A DNA stretch of 40,451 nt from a virus: the IMG/VR virus record IMGVR_UViG_3300025263_000044; one strand, written 5' to 3'. The notes beneath the pieces are model-generated. The model was given only the letters and a program-made list of their open reading frames with translations. It was not told where the DNA came from and did no database searches. Shown one piece after another: positions 18,142-25,863 of the stretch; positions within the stretch are counted from its first letter, which is position 1; each line of letters opens with the position of its first letter. A program made the translations under genes and the position numbers.

Positions 18142-19049
18142 TTTCCAACCTGGCACCACCTTGGCAAGACGCTGTTCATGCGGCCTTGATGGGTGATGCT
18201 TTTGGTGTGCCGCACGAATTCAAGGCGGGACATGCTGTTCCGTACAAGGAAGGGCTCTCTATGGTCCTCCCAGACAGCTACCCTAAAACATTCCCTTGGA
18301 TTCCCTACGGTACCTGGTCCGACGACGGCAGCCAGATGATGGCTTTGCTAGACGTATTAGTGACCAGGGAAGGGCGCTATGATGGCGCCGCGTTCGGTGC
18401 CAACCTCTTGGCCTGGTTGCGAAATGCACAGTTCCAAGCCGGCGGGTCCGTGTTCGACTGCGGCATGCAGACCCGGATGGCGCTGCAGCTGCTCGAGGAA
18501 GGGAAATCATTCATTCCGACCAGTCCTCATTGTGGCAATGGCAGCTTGATGCGCGTCTTGCCCGTCGCGGCTTTGCCTGATACCTATGGTGTCAGCCAGG
18601 CTGATGCTCTGCGCGCGGCGATGGCGCAATCGGATATCACACATCCGCAGGCAATGGCACGGGTAAGCTGTGCGCTGTATGTCGACCTGGCTTGGCAGAT
18701 TCAAAAAAATGGTGCCAGTAATGGCGTGCGTGCTTTGCTGCCCGCGGCCGGAGACAAGCTCAACGAACTTAAGCTGCTCTCCCCGGCAGAGGAAGAGGCT
18801 CAGTCCTATATTTTGACGTATGGTGCGAGCAACATGCCCACCAATTCTGGACATGTGGTTAACAGCCTTTGGTCAGCGTTATGGGCGATTGACCAATCCC
18901 GAAGCCTCAGCGAGACGCTGCGTAATGCTGTCAGCTCGGGCGGGGACACTGACACGGTCGCCTGCATTGCCGGCGGCCTGGCCAGTTTGGTATTCGGTTG
19001 GGATGAAACGGCGCTCGAATGGCGCCGTCAGATGAACTATTCAGCCTAA
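18129..19049 (+). CDS. ADP-ribosylglycohydrolase (DraG/ARH family)
   Basis: GDAFGVPHEF, WSDDG, GNGSLMR, ITHP, GGDTDTVACIAG. Confidence 0.92.
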   Translation: MLQLISNLAPPWQDAVHAALMGDAFGVPHEFKAGHAVPYKEGLSMVLPDSYPKTFPWIPYGTWSDDGSQMMALLDVLVTREGRYDGAAFGANLLAWLRNAQFQAGGSVFDCGMQTRMALQLLEEGKSFIPTSPHCGNGSLMRVLPVAALPDTYGVSQADALRAAMAQSDITHPQAMARVSCALYVDLAWQIQKNGASNGVRALLPAAGDKLNELKLLSPAEEEAQSYILTYGASNMPTNSGHVVNSLWSALWAIDQSRSLSETLRNAVSSGGDTDTVACIAGGLASLVFGWDETALEWRRQMNYSA

Positions 19050-19054
19050 GCGCG

Positions 19055-19375
19055 TTAGTCCAAGAGGCTGCCGAGGACGGCGCCTGCTACCTCAATAGCT
19101 CCCACAACTACATCGCCGGCCAGGTGAGCGGCGCCAGCTGCGAGGTCAGCAACACCCGTGGCCACGGCGCCCAGCCCATCTGCAGCCATCGAAAGCAGGT
19201 CAGGGGAGTCGGTGACGACGTCGCCTGCCACGTCCAGGAGCTCGCCAGCAACGCTCTCCTTTTCCTTCTTCACGGAGTCACTGTTGAGCACCTCCTGTGT
19301 ACGCGTGCTGAATTCCTGCAGCTGCTCGGAGGTTAGGTATGGCGGAGCGGCGCCAGAGCCATCCTTAAGGGTCAC
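19055..19375 (-). CDS. Hypothetical Ala/Gly/Asp-rich protein
   Basis: Coupled to the rnhA stop (GTGA overlap). Confidence 0.55.
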   Translation of the reverse strand: MTLKDGSGAAPPYLTSEQLQEFSTRTQEVLNSDSVKKEKESVAGELLDVAGDVVTDSPDLLSMAADGLGAVATGVADLAAGAAHLAGDVVVGAIEVAGAVLGSLLD

Positions 19376-20028
19376 GCGGCCTCCGCAAAGACGTCACCTC
19401 GAGCTGCGACCGCTCGGTTCGCCAGCTCGTCGCAACGTTCGTTCAGCGGGTGTCCGTTGTGGCCGCGAACCCAGGTTACATTCACCTTGCGCTTGTCGGC
19501 GACGGCGAGCAGCGCCTGCCAGAGCTCCTTGTTTTTAACGGGCTCTTTAGTGGAAGTTTTCCAGTTGTTGCGGACCCACCCGAAGCGCCACTCGGTCATG
19601 CCCTTCTGCACATACTGGCTGTCGGTAATCAGTTCGACCTCGCTGCCTTCCGGCGTTCGCTTCAGTCCTTCGATGGCCGCAGTCATCTCGGCGATGTTGT
19701 TCGTCTGGACGCCGATGTAGCCGCCGCCGGCAAACATCTCGACGCCGTTGTCCAGCACGATTACGCCCCAGGCCGCCGGCCCAGGATTGCCTTTCGAGGC
19801 TCCATCGGTCGACACTACAAAAGGACCGGTGCCCTGGGGACGAGCTTGAGTTACAGGTGCGGCGGCAGGCTTCATGACTGCATGCATTTTGGCCAGGGCA
19901 TCCTGCGCCAGCTTCTCACACGCTTCACGGTCACGGTTGTAAGTGCCATCGGGGCGGCGAGGGGACGCGATAAGTTCCAGGTTGGCTTGTGCAATTGCCA
20001 GTGCTTCTTCCAGTTTTTCAGTGGTCAT
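19372..20028 (-). CDS. rnhA: Ribonuclease HI with N-terminal extension
   Basis: TDGASKGNPG, TNNIAEM, TDSQYV, PVKNKELW, WVRGHNGHPLNERCDELA. Confidence 0.93.
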   Translation of the reverse strand: MTTEKLEEALAIAQANLELIASPRRPDGTYNRDREACEKLAQDALAKMHAVMKPAAAPVTQARPQGTGPFVVSTDGASKGNPGPAAWGVIVLDNGVEMFAGGGYIGVQTNNIAEMTAAIEGLKRTPEGSEVELITDSQYVQKGMTEWRFGWVRNNWKTSTKEPVKNKELWQALLAVADKRKVNVTWVRGHNGHPLNERCDELANRAVAARGDVFAEAA

Positions 20029-20031
20029 CTA

Positions 20032-20478
20032 TTATTTCTCTTCGTCAGGGTGCTTCTCGGAGTGTTTCTTTTTCTTGTGGTCGGCCTTTGCGCGGTCAAC
20101 CAAACGGCTCAAGGTAACCGACATCGCAATCAGCTCCCAGCCAATGATGCCCGCGTTGATGAAGGTTCCTTTGAAGCCGGCCAGGGTCAATAGGCCCGTA
20201 GCCAGGTTACCCATCAGCATTGCCAGCAAGAGAATGGCCATGGGCGTCGGACGGGTGAACAGACTCATCATCCCGAGGAACGCGCCGCAGGTCAGCATCG
20301 TCACCAGGGCATTGAAGCCGTCAGGGTCGACCACGTCGCGGAGCAAGCGGCTGACCACGAACAGGGTCATGAGCAGATACATGGCGCCTCCGCGCTCGGC
20401 AGGCAAGCCGCGGCCATCATGGCGGAAAGTCATGATGCGGAAACTGTGCTGCAGGATGGCGCCAGCGATAGTTAACAT
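20032..20478 (-). CDS. Membrane protein
   Basis: About four hydrophobic segments and a basic tail. Confidence 0.65.
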   Translation of the reverse strand: MLTIAGAILQHSFRIMTFRHDGRGLPAERGGAMYLLMTLFVVSRLLRDVVDPDGFNALVTMLTCGAFLGMMSLFTRPTPMAILLLAMLMGNLATGLLTLAGFKGTFINAGIIGWELIAMSVTLSRLVDRAKADHKKKKHSEKHPDEEK

Positions 20479-20557
20479 TTTCGTTCTCTTTTCGAAATTT
20501 CGTGTAAATGACGATGTTTCATAGTATACTACAAATTCTCAAAAAAGGACAGATGCC

Positions 20558-21199
20558 ATGCGCAAGAAATATCCTCGAACGCTCCATGTACCATTCTCTC
20601 CTGGGGCGACCTCGGACGACAAGGTACTCAAGTCGCTTGCGCACCTCCAGGGAAAGGAAGTCGTCATTACCATCAAAATGGATGGGGAAAACACAACGCT
20701 TTATCGTGACGGCTTCCACGCAAGGTCCCTCGACAGCCAGCACCATCCCTCGCGCGACTGGTTGGCGCGCTTCCATGCTGAGATGGGCTACAACATCCCG
20801 GCGGAGTGGCGTATCTGCGGGGAGAACCTGTACGCCAAACATTCGCTGGAATACAAAGATTTGCCGCACTACTTCATGGCATTTTCGGTTTGGCACGAGG
20901 TCGGCGGCCGTGACTACGCAATGTCATGGGACGATACGGTAGAGGCCCTTGCCTTGTTGAACCTGCAGAGTGTGCCGGTGCTATATCGCGGAGAATTCAG
21001 TGAGGCTCTACTTCGTAGCCTGATTGCGCAATTGGACTTGACCCAGAATGAAGGGCTTGTTATCCGCCTGGCAGAGAGTTTTGCATACGAAGATTTCACG
21101 CGCTCGGTGGCCAAGTGGGTGCGCAAGGGGCATGTCCAGACTGATGAGCACTGGATGCACGGAACCATTGTGCCGAACAGGTTGAAGGCCATGACATAA
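20558..21199 (+). CDS. ATP-dependent RNA ligase (Rnl2-like family)
   Basis: KYPRTLH..SPG..DD, motif I KMDGEN, CGENLYAKHS, EGLVIR, AKWVR. Confidence 0.88.
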   Translation: MRKKYPRTLHVPFSPGATSDDKVLKSLAHLQGKEVVITIKMDGENTTLYRDGFHARSLDSQHHPSRDWLARFHAEMGYNIPAEWRICGENLYAKHSLEYKDLPHYFMAFSVWHEVGGRDYAMSWDDTVEALALLNLQSVPVLYRGEFSEALLRSLIAQLDLTQNEGLVIRLAESFAYEDFTRSVAKWVRKGHVQTDEHWMHGTIVPNRLKAMT

Positions 21200-21217
21200 C
21201 GGTCGACGACTCCAATC

Positions 21218-21242
21218 AAGCCGCCAACAAGGCGGCTTTTTT
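21218..21242 (+). terminator. Rho-independent terminator
   Basis: AAGCCGCC-AACAA-GGCGGCTT followed by TTTT. Confidence 0.8.
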
Positions 21243-21252
21243 ATTGCCGGGC

Positions 21253-21280
21253 TTGCTAAAATTCGAATAAATGGTATACT
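21253..21280 (+). promoter_or_regulatory. sigma70-type promoter
   Basis: TTGCTA-16 bp-TATACT with TG extension. Confidence 0.55.
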
Positions 21281-21337
21281 ATGAAATAGCACTTTCAGCT
21301 ACTCGCCCACCTGGGTATTATTCCATAGGAACACCAA

Positions 21338-22141
21338 ATGAAAAAGACTATCTTCGCCGTCGCCGCGTTCATGTCCGCCGGCGCCGCACTGGCCAATCCC
21401 TTCGACCGCTTCGAACAACCAGCGCCAGCTGCCCGCGCGGCATTCAGCTACGAGCTGAGTGTGACCAACCACCGCGAGACCTACGAGGAGTTCATCGACG
21501 GTGACAAGGTCATGCAAGAAAAAGCATGGATGACCGGTGTTAAGGGCGGCATCACTCGCACGCTGGGTGACACCGGTGGCGCGGTAGTGGTCACTGGCGA
21601 ATATGCGCTGGGCAAGGCCAAGTACACCGGCTCCTACCAGGATGGCAACTACGGCGACCTGCACTTCTCCGGCCTGGACCGCAGCCTGATTGAAGTCACC
21701 GGTATGTACAAGCACACCGCACCAGTCTGGAATGGCGTTACGGCCGGCCTGGGCCTCGGTTATCGCCGCCTGGTCGATAACCTGCAAGACGCAGGTCCTG
21801 CGGGCTACAAGCGTACCAACGAGCGCAGCTACCTGATTCTGTCCGTTGAAAAAGCTGTGCAGGTTCAAAACTGGACCATCGTCCCTGGCGTCCAATACAA
21901 GCATCTGCTGTCCAGCAAGCAGTCCTCCGACCTGGGCCAACGCGTAACCGTGAAGCAGCCCGACGGCTTCGGTGCTGAAATGTCGATTTCCTTCGTGCGT
22001 AAGGGTGACGGCTCCTCGACCGCCATCACTCCATACTTCCGCGTGTGGGATATCAAGGATTCCGAAACTGACCGCCTGGGCCTCTACGAGCCGCGCAATA
22101 AGACCCAGGAAGTTGGCGTCGCGCTGACCTACAAATTCTGA
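21338..22141 (+). CDS. Outer-membrane beta-barrel protein
   Basis: Signal peptide MKKTIFAVAAF..ALA; alternating beta-strand pattern; C-terminal LTYKF; strongly biased codons. Confidence 0.8.
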   Translation: MKKTIFAVAAFMSAGAALANPFDRFEQPAPAARAAFSYELSVTNHRETYEEFIDGDKVMQEKAWMTGVKGGITRTLGDTGGAVVVTGEYALGKAKYTGSYQDGNYGDLHFSGLDRSLIEVTGMYKHTAPVWNGVTAGLGLGYRRLVDNLQDAGPAGYKRTNERSYLILSVEKAVQVQNWTIVPGVQYKHLLSSKQSSDLGQRVTVKQPDGFGAEMSISFVRKGDGSSTAITPYFRVWDIKDSETDRLGLYEPRNKTQEVGVALTYKF

Positions 22142-22157
22142 ACGAAGGGGCCTGGCC

Positions 22158-22499
22158 ATGAATCCTGTACTGCTTTTCTCGATTCTCGCGCTGCTGTCCG
22201 CGGCCGCGACGCTGAAACTTACTGACCGTGGCCTGGTTCGGCTGCTGGGCCTAGCCAGTCTCATGCTGGCGGTGCCGGCTGTGGCGTTCATGAGCACATG
22301 GTTTGATTGGCGTGTTGAGCTGGGCGCGCATCCAAGCGCGATGGGCTACACCTTGGTCAGCCTGGCCGGCGTCGGCGCCATTTTCATGATGGCAGTGTGC
22401 CTGTCCGCAATCCTTCGCCTGGTGCTTGCTGGAGTGAACGCTTTGCGTGGTAAGCCAACGCTTTTCGTGAAAGTTAACGTAAAACTTGACAAGGTGTGA
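22158..22499 (+). CDS. Small membrane protein
   Basis: Three hydrophobic segments. Confidence 0.55.
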   Translation: MNPVLLFSILALLSAAATLKLTDRGLVRLLGLASLMLAVPAVAFMSTWFDWRVELGAHPSAMGYTLVSLAGVGAIFMMAVCLSAILRLVLAGVNALRGKPTLFVKVNVKLDKV

Positions 22500-22514
22500 G
22501 TCAGGCGCTATACT
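22486..22514 (+). promoter_or_regulatory. Consensus-like sigma70 promoter of the tmRNA gene
   Basis: TTGACA-17 bp-TATACT. Confidence 0.85.
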
Positions 22515-22520
22515 AATCTC

Positions 22521-22920
22521 AATCGTTGTAATTCCTCTGGGATACAAAAGTTGCTGGAAGGGAGCATCGGAGCTCCCCACCTCCACCAACTGCACATTAT
22601 TACAGGTGTGGGAACCCGACAGAGACTTCAACTGCAGATACCGACTGGAATGGAAGGGACTTTGCAGGAGTGGATAAGACCACTTGAGAGTAGCGAACTA
22701 ATGGGGGCGCGCGGTTCAAGTCCGCGATAGTGTGCAGCTGATGGGGGTGAATTGGATTCGACAGTGGCTGGAAACAAAGGCGGCAACGGCGGGAACGTGA
22801 CTTCCCGGCAGGCTTTGCCCTGCGCAAAAGAGCAAACTTCAAGTGCAAATGACGACACTTTCCTGATGGCTGCTTAAGCCATTCGGGTCGCGCTTACCTC
22901 GGAACAGAAATGCGCAACTA
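22521..22920 (+). ncRNA. ssrA: Circularly permuted two-piece tmRNA: acceptor piece ~22521-22588, intervening segment 22589-22742, coding piece 22743-~22920
   Basis: The 3' end CACCTCC-A-CCA (22578-22588) lies upstream of the 5' end GGGGGTGAATTGGATTCGAC (22743). They pair as a 7-bp acceptor stem with G3:U70. CAGTGGCT and AGTTGCTG form helix 2. Tag frame 22845-22877 encodes ANDDTFLMAA*, with the stop in an ATGGCT..AGCCAT hairpin. Confidence 0.9.
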
Positions 22921-22946
22921 AGCCCAGGCTCCGGCCTGGGCTTTTT
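22920..22946 (+). terminator. Rho-independent terminator of ssrA
   Basis: AAGCCCAGG-CTCCGG-CCTGGGCTT followed by TTT. Confidence 0.85.
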
Positions 22947-23013
22947 CATTGGAAGTTCTGGAATGAAAACAGCCCGGAATCCGAAGGATACCAGGCTGCT
23001 GAGAAGAGTCCGA

Positions 23014-23274
23014 TTATGCAGGCGTAACCTCTGGCACGTCATACGACAGTGGAACGACACAGCCGACATTCCAGCAGGACAGCACACGGAAGTCCTGGTG
23101 TCGGGTCGATTTCAAGCTGCGATGGATGACCACGTACCAGCCGGAATGCGTATGGCACTGGCCAGTGTGAAAATTGCGATGCTTATTCGTCCAGTCCTGC
23201 AACGCCTGGCTACCGAATACCATTTTCGGCGTGTCCGGGTCATTTGCAAGTTCGAGAATGCGTTCTTTGTTCAT
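23014..23274 (-). CDS. Small hypothetical protein
   Basis: AGGAG RBS before ATG at 23274 (MNKERILEL...). Confidence 0.55.
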   Translation of the reverse strand: MNKERILELANDPDTPKMVFGSQALQDWTNKHRNFHTGQCHTHSGWYVVIHRSLKSTRHQDFRVLSCWNVGCVVPLSYDVPEVTPA

Positions 23275-23379
23275 GTCTGCTCCTATTAAATTGTCCTCGA
23301 TGATTGGGTGCCACACCGGCGTATAGCGTCCTCGGCTGCCGGCAAAGAAAAAGTCCCTCAACTAGTGAGGGACTGAGAA

Positions 23380-24028
23380 TTACTGTCGACGCGCAGCTTT
23401 TCGAGCCTTCGAGATTTCCGAAGAGGCGCCGGCTACAAATTCAGCGAAGCGCTTGCCAGTAGTGTTGTCATCATCCTGCCCCATGTATGTGATTGGCTCG
23501 AAGAGGATGCTAAGTGCATCCAATCCCTTAAGCGCATACATTCCGTCCAACACTTTCGAGCAATGTTCGAGGAAAGCCGATACTGGTGCGCCACCTTCGA
23601 TGACCAGGTCAACAGCAGCTTCGATGTCGCTCCGGAAGGGCCAGTAGGACACGCGAGTCAACTCGCTGTCCATGTTGAAGTGCAGTCGGTTGCGGAAGTT
23701 GTCCTTCTTGAAAAAGCGTTTGCCGGCATCCTCAACGTCAGCCAGTTCTGCACGCAGTTCCTCGAAAGCCGTTTGGAAGTACGATTCGCGTGCGTAGAAG
23801 GCAGAACCATCACGCGCACGAATTCCTTCGGCCACCGCAACCTGGAACCCACATCGAGGTTGGCTTGCTTGCATACTGGCGAATGGCGTACCGCTTATGC
23901 TCGGTGTCGCCGAATCGAACAGTTGCCTCAGCGTAGGAAGCCGCCTGCTGCACAACTGCGATGCGGCAGCGGTCGTTGCGCGCGATGATTTGGCCGGAAG
24001 CCATGCATTTGATATTAAAAGAACCCAT
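23380..24028 (-). pseudogene. Probable frameshifted or internally deleted hypothetical gene
   Basis: An RBS-preceded start at 24028 (MGSFNIKC..SMWVP) stops at 23810. Protein-like sequence continues in another frame (..SYFQTAFEELR..GQDDDNTTGKRFAEFV) to 23380 without its own RBS. Confidence 0.55.
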
Positions 24029-24139
24029 TATTTACCTCAGAATTGTTGTTTGAACCTGTTTTGGTATAGCATTTGCTGGCATTTGGTGGTATACTACATA
24101 GTAACACTTCCCAAAACGGACTTAACTTTAGGAGTAAAC

Positions 24140-24547
24140 ATGTCCCGTGTAACCGCATACAAAGCATCCGACGACTCCCTGCACCTGGATAAGAAGGCCT
24201 ACCTGGCCCATGAATCCAACCTGGTTGTTGCCAAGAAACTGCGTTCCATCATCGGCGGCCTGGTCAACGGCGCCACCCCAGAAGAAAAAGCTGCGACCGC
24301 AAACGACGTCCACGACTTCATCGTCAACGGCATCGGCCTGAACACCCTGCGTGAACTTTTCGCATTCAAGTTCGTGCCGGGCGCCGAAGACGGTGACGGT
24401 GCAGGTGCAGGCACCGGTGCGCCAGTTGGCAACGAAGCTGCGGCCGCAGGTGACGATGCCGCTCCAGCGCCAGCAGCAGGCGAAGGTGATGCCGCTGCGC
24501 CGGCCGCCGCTGCTCCAGCTGCGGTCGAACAAACCGACGGCATCTAA
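24140..24547 (+). CDS. Hypothetical protein with Ala/Gly/Pro low-complexity tail
   Basis: AGGAG RBS; TGGTATACT upstream; highly biased codons. Confidence 0.75.
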   Translation: MSRVTAYKASDDSLHLDKKAYLAHESNLVVAKKLRSIIGGLVNGATPEEKAATANDVHDFIVNGIGLNTLRELFAFKFVPGAEDGDGAGAGTGAPVGNEAAAAGDDAAPAPAAGEGDAAAPAAAAPAAVEQTDGI

Positions 24548-24568
24548 CGCTGTCAGCGAGGAAAAACC

Positions 24569-25024
24569 ATGACGACCATTCTCGAAAATCGCCAAGCTCG
24601 CCATCGCTACTTCATTGAAGAGCGCCTGGAGGCTGGTGTGGTGCTCGAAGGCTGGGAAGTCAAGGCTATCCTCGCAGGGCGCGCAAATTTCAATGGCGGT
24701 GGTGCCTTCATCCGGATTACCAACGGGGAAGCCTGGTTGGAGTCAATGACAATCACTCCGCTCTTGATGGCGAACATGGGCCGCCTGGCGCCTCGTACGC
24801 CGGCGCGCGCCCGCAAACTTCTGCTAAGCCGTGCAGAGCTTACCAAGCTCTCACGCAAGGTGGCCGAGCGGGGCTACACCATAGTCCCGCTCGAAGTCAC
24901 GCTCAGTACGAAAAAGAAGCTCAAGCTTCAAATCGGCCTGGCAAAGGGCAAGAATCACGCGGATAAGCGTGAAACCGTCAAGCAGCGTGACCTGACCCGG
25001 GAGCTCTGCCGTGAAATTCCGTGA
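24569..25024 (+). CDS. smpB: SsrA-binding protein SmpB
   Basis: NRQARHRYFIEERLEAGVVLEGWEVKAI, RARKLLL, GYTIVPL, IGLAKGK..DKRE. Confidence 0.95.
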   Translation: MTTILENRQARHRYFIEERLEAGVVLEGWEVKAILAGRANFNGGGAFIRITNGEAWLESMTITPLLMANMGRLAPRTPARARKLLLSRAELTKLSRKVAERGYTIVPLEVTLSTKKKLKLQIGLAKGKNHADKRETVKQRDLTRELCREIP

Positions 25025-25388
25025 CGAATACGAACTCCGAGTTGTAAAGCAAATCTTTTGCTGGCTGACCTTCGCGCTCGGCGCGTACATTGCGGCGCTA
25101 ATACTGCTCGTGCCAGGCTGCCCCACGGTGCCTGCTCATTGGAAGGTTGAGACAACCGACGTACATGGAAAGTTTGAATACTGCCTCTCCGTGAAACGTA
25201 TCGCAGGCCGGTTTGCCTCCTATAGAATCGAGCCCGATTCTGTCTGTGGTACGGATAAAGTAGCACTGCAGACTTTGGCTGATAAATTACAGGCCCAGTC
25301 GCACGCGGAGCTAGATGCCTGCACCACGCGTTACCTGCAAAATCCAAATGCGCAACTCGTGACGCGAGTCCGTTCCTGGTTCGAATGA
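25011..25388 (+). CDS. Hypothetical membrane-anchored protein
   Basis: N-terminal hydrophobic helix; paired cysteines; start uncertain. Confidence 0.5.
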   Translation: MKFRDEYELRVVKQIFCWLTFALGAYIAALILLVPGCPTVPAHWKVETTDVHGKFEYCLSVKRIAGRFASYRIEPDSVCGTDKVALQTLADKLQAQSHAELDACTTRYLQNPNAQLVTRVRSWFE

Positions 25389-25516
25389 TGCCTCTGATTC
25401 TGGCTATACTCAGTCTCAACTTGATGTCGCCATGATGTAGCCCTCCTCCTTTAAACGACGTGAAAAACCCCTGGGTTGTCCAGCGGGTACGCACGCCTTT
25501 TTGAAGGAGAATACCC

Positions 25517-25795
25517 TTGCGCTACATTCGTTTCAGCAATGCTGCCGTCGCCCTCGACGAAGTACCTGCAGTTCGCCATACCCCTCCAAAATCTATTGAG
25601 CCACCCGCACAAACTTACTGGGCGCTCAACCCGTTGCGCCGGCCGCGCGGCGCCTACGTTGCATTGCGCGTCAAAGGCGACCAAATCTGGGTCGGCATCA
25701 AAGCTGGCACGGTAATGACCTGGTACAAAGCAGACCAGGTGCTCACCAAGACGGAAGCCGCCTTCTGGTTTCCGCGCGCGCAGTTCACTCGCTAG
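25517..25795 (+). CDS. Small hypothetical protein
   Basis: AAGGAG RBS before TTG; followed by a terminator. Confidence 0.55.
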   Translation: MRYIRFSNAAVALDEVPAVRHTPPKSIEPPAQTYWALNPLRRPRGAYVALRVKGDQIWVGIKAGTVMTWYKADQVLTKTEAAFWFPRAQFTR

Positions 25796-25802
25796 CCGCG
25801 TG

Positions 25803-25840
25803 AATAAGCCCCGCACGTCAATGACGTCGGGGCTTTTATT
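25803..25840. terminator. Bidirectional terminator
   Basis: AATAAGCCCCG..ACGTCA-A-TGACGT-CGGGGCTTTTATT between convergent genes. Confidence 0.7.
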
Positions 25841-25863
25841 GAGTGAGGTTGCAGCCTACTGCG

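Noticed and set aside
21299-22297. 332-aa minus-strand ORF
   Set aside because: Antisense shadow of the codon-biased OMP gene.
22594-22737. Calling the tmRNA spacer a true tRNA (e.g. Sec/UGA from GACTTCAA at about 22624-22631)
   Set aside because: No convincing anticodon stem, no CCA, and ~140 nt is too long; kept only as tRNA-like.
22600-22858. Minus-strand ORFs over the tmRNA
   Set aside because: Antisense to a well-supported RNA gene; no RBS or motifs.
22743-23100. One-piece tmRNA continuing downstream
   Set aside because: A terminator follows at 22920 and no T-arm/ACCA end lies downstream; the complementary 3' end is upstream.
24390-24530. GC-rich short repeats as a possible array
   Set aside because: Explained by the Ala/Gly/Pro low-complexity coding tail; no regular repeat-spacer structure.
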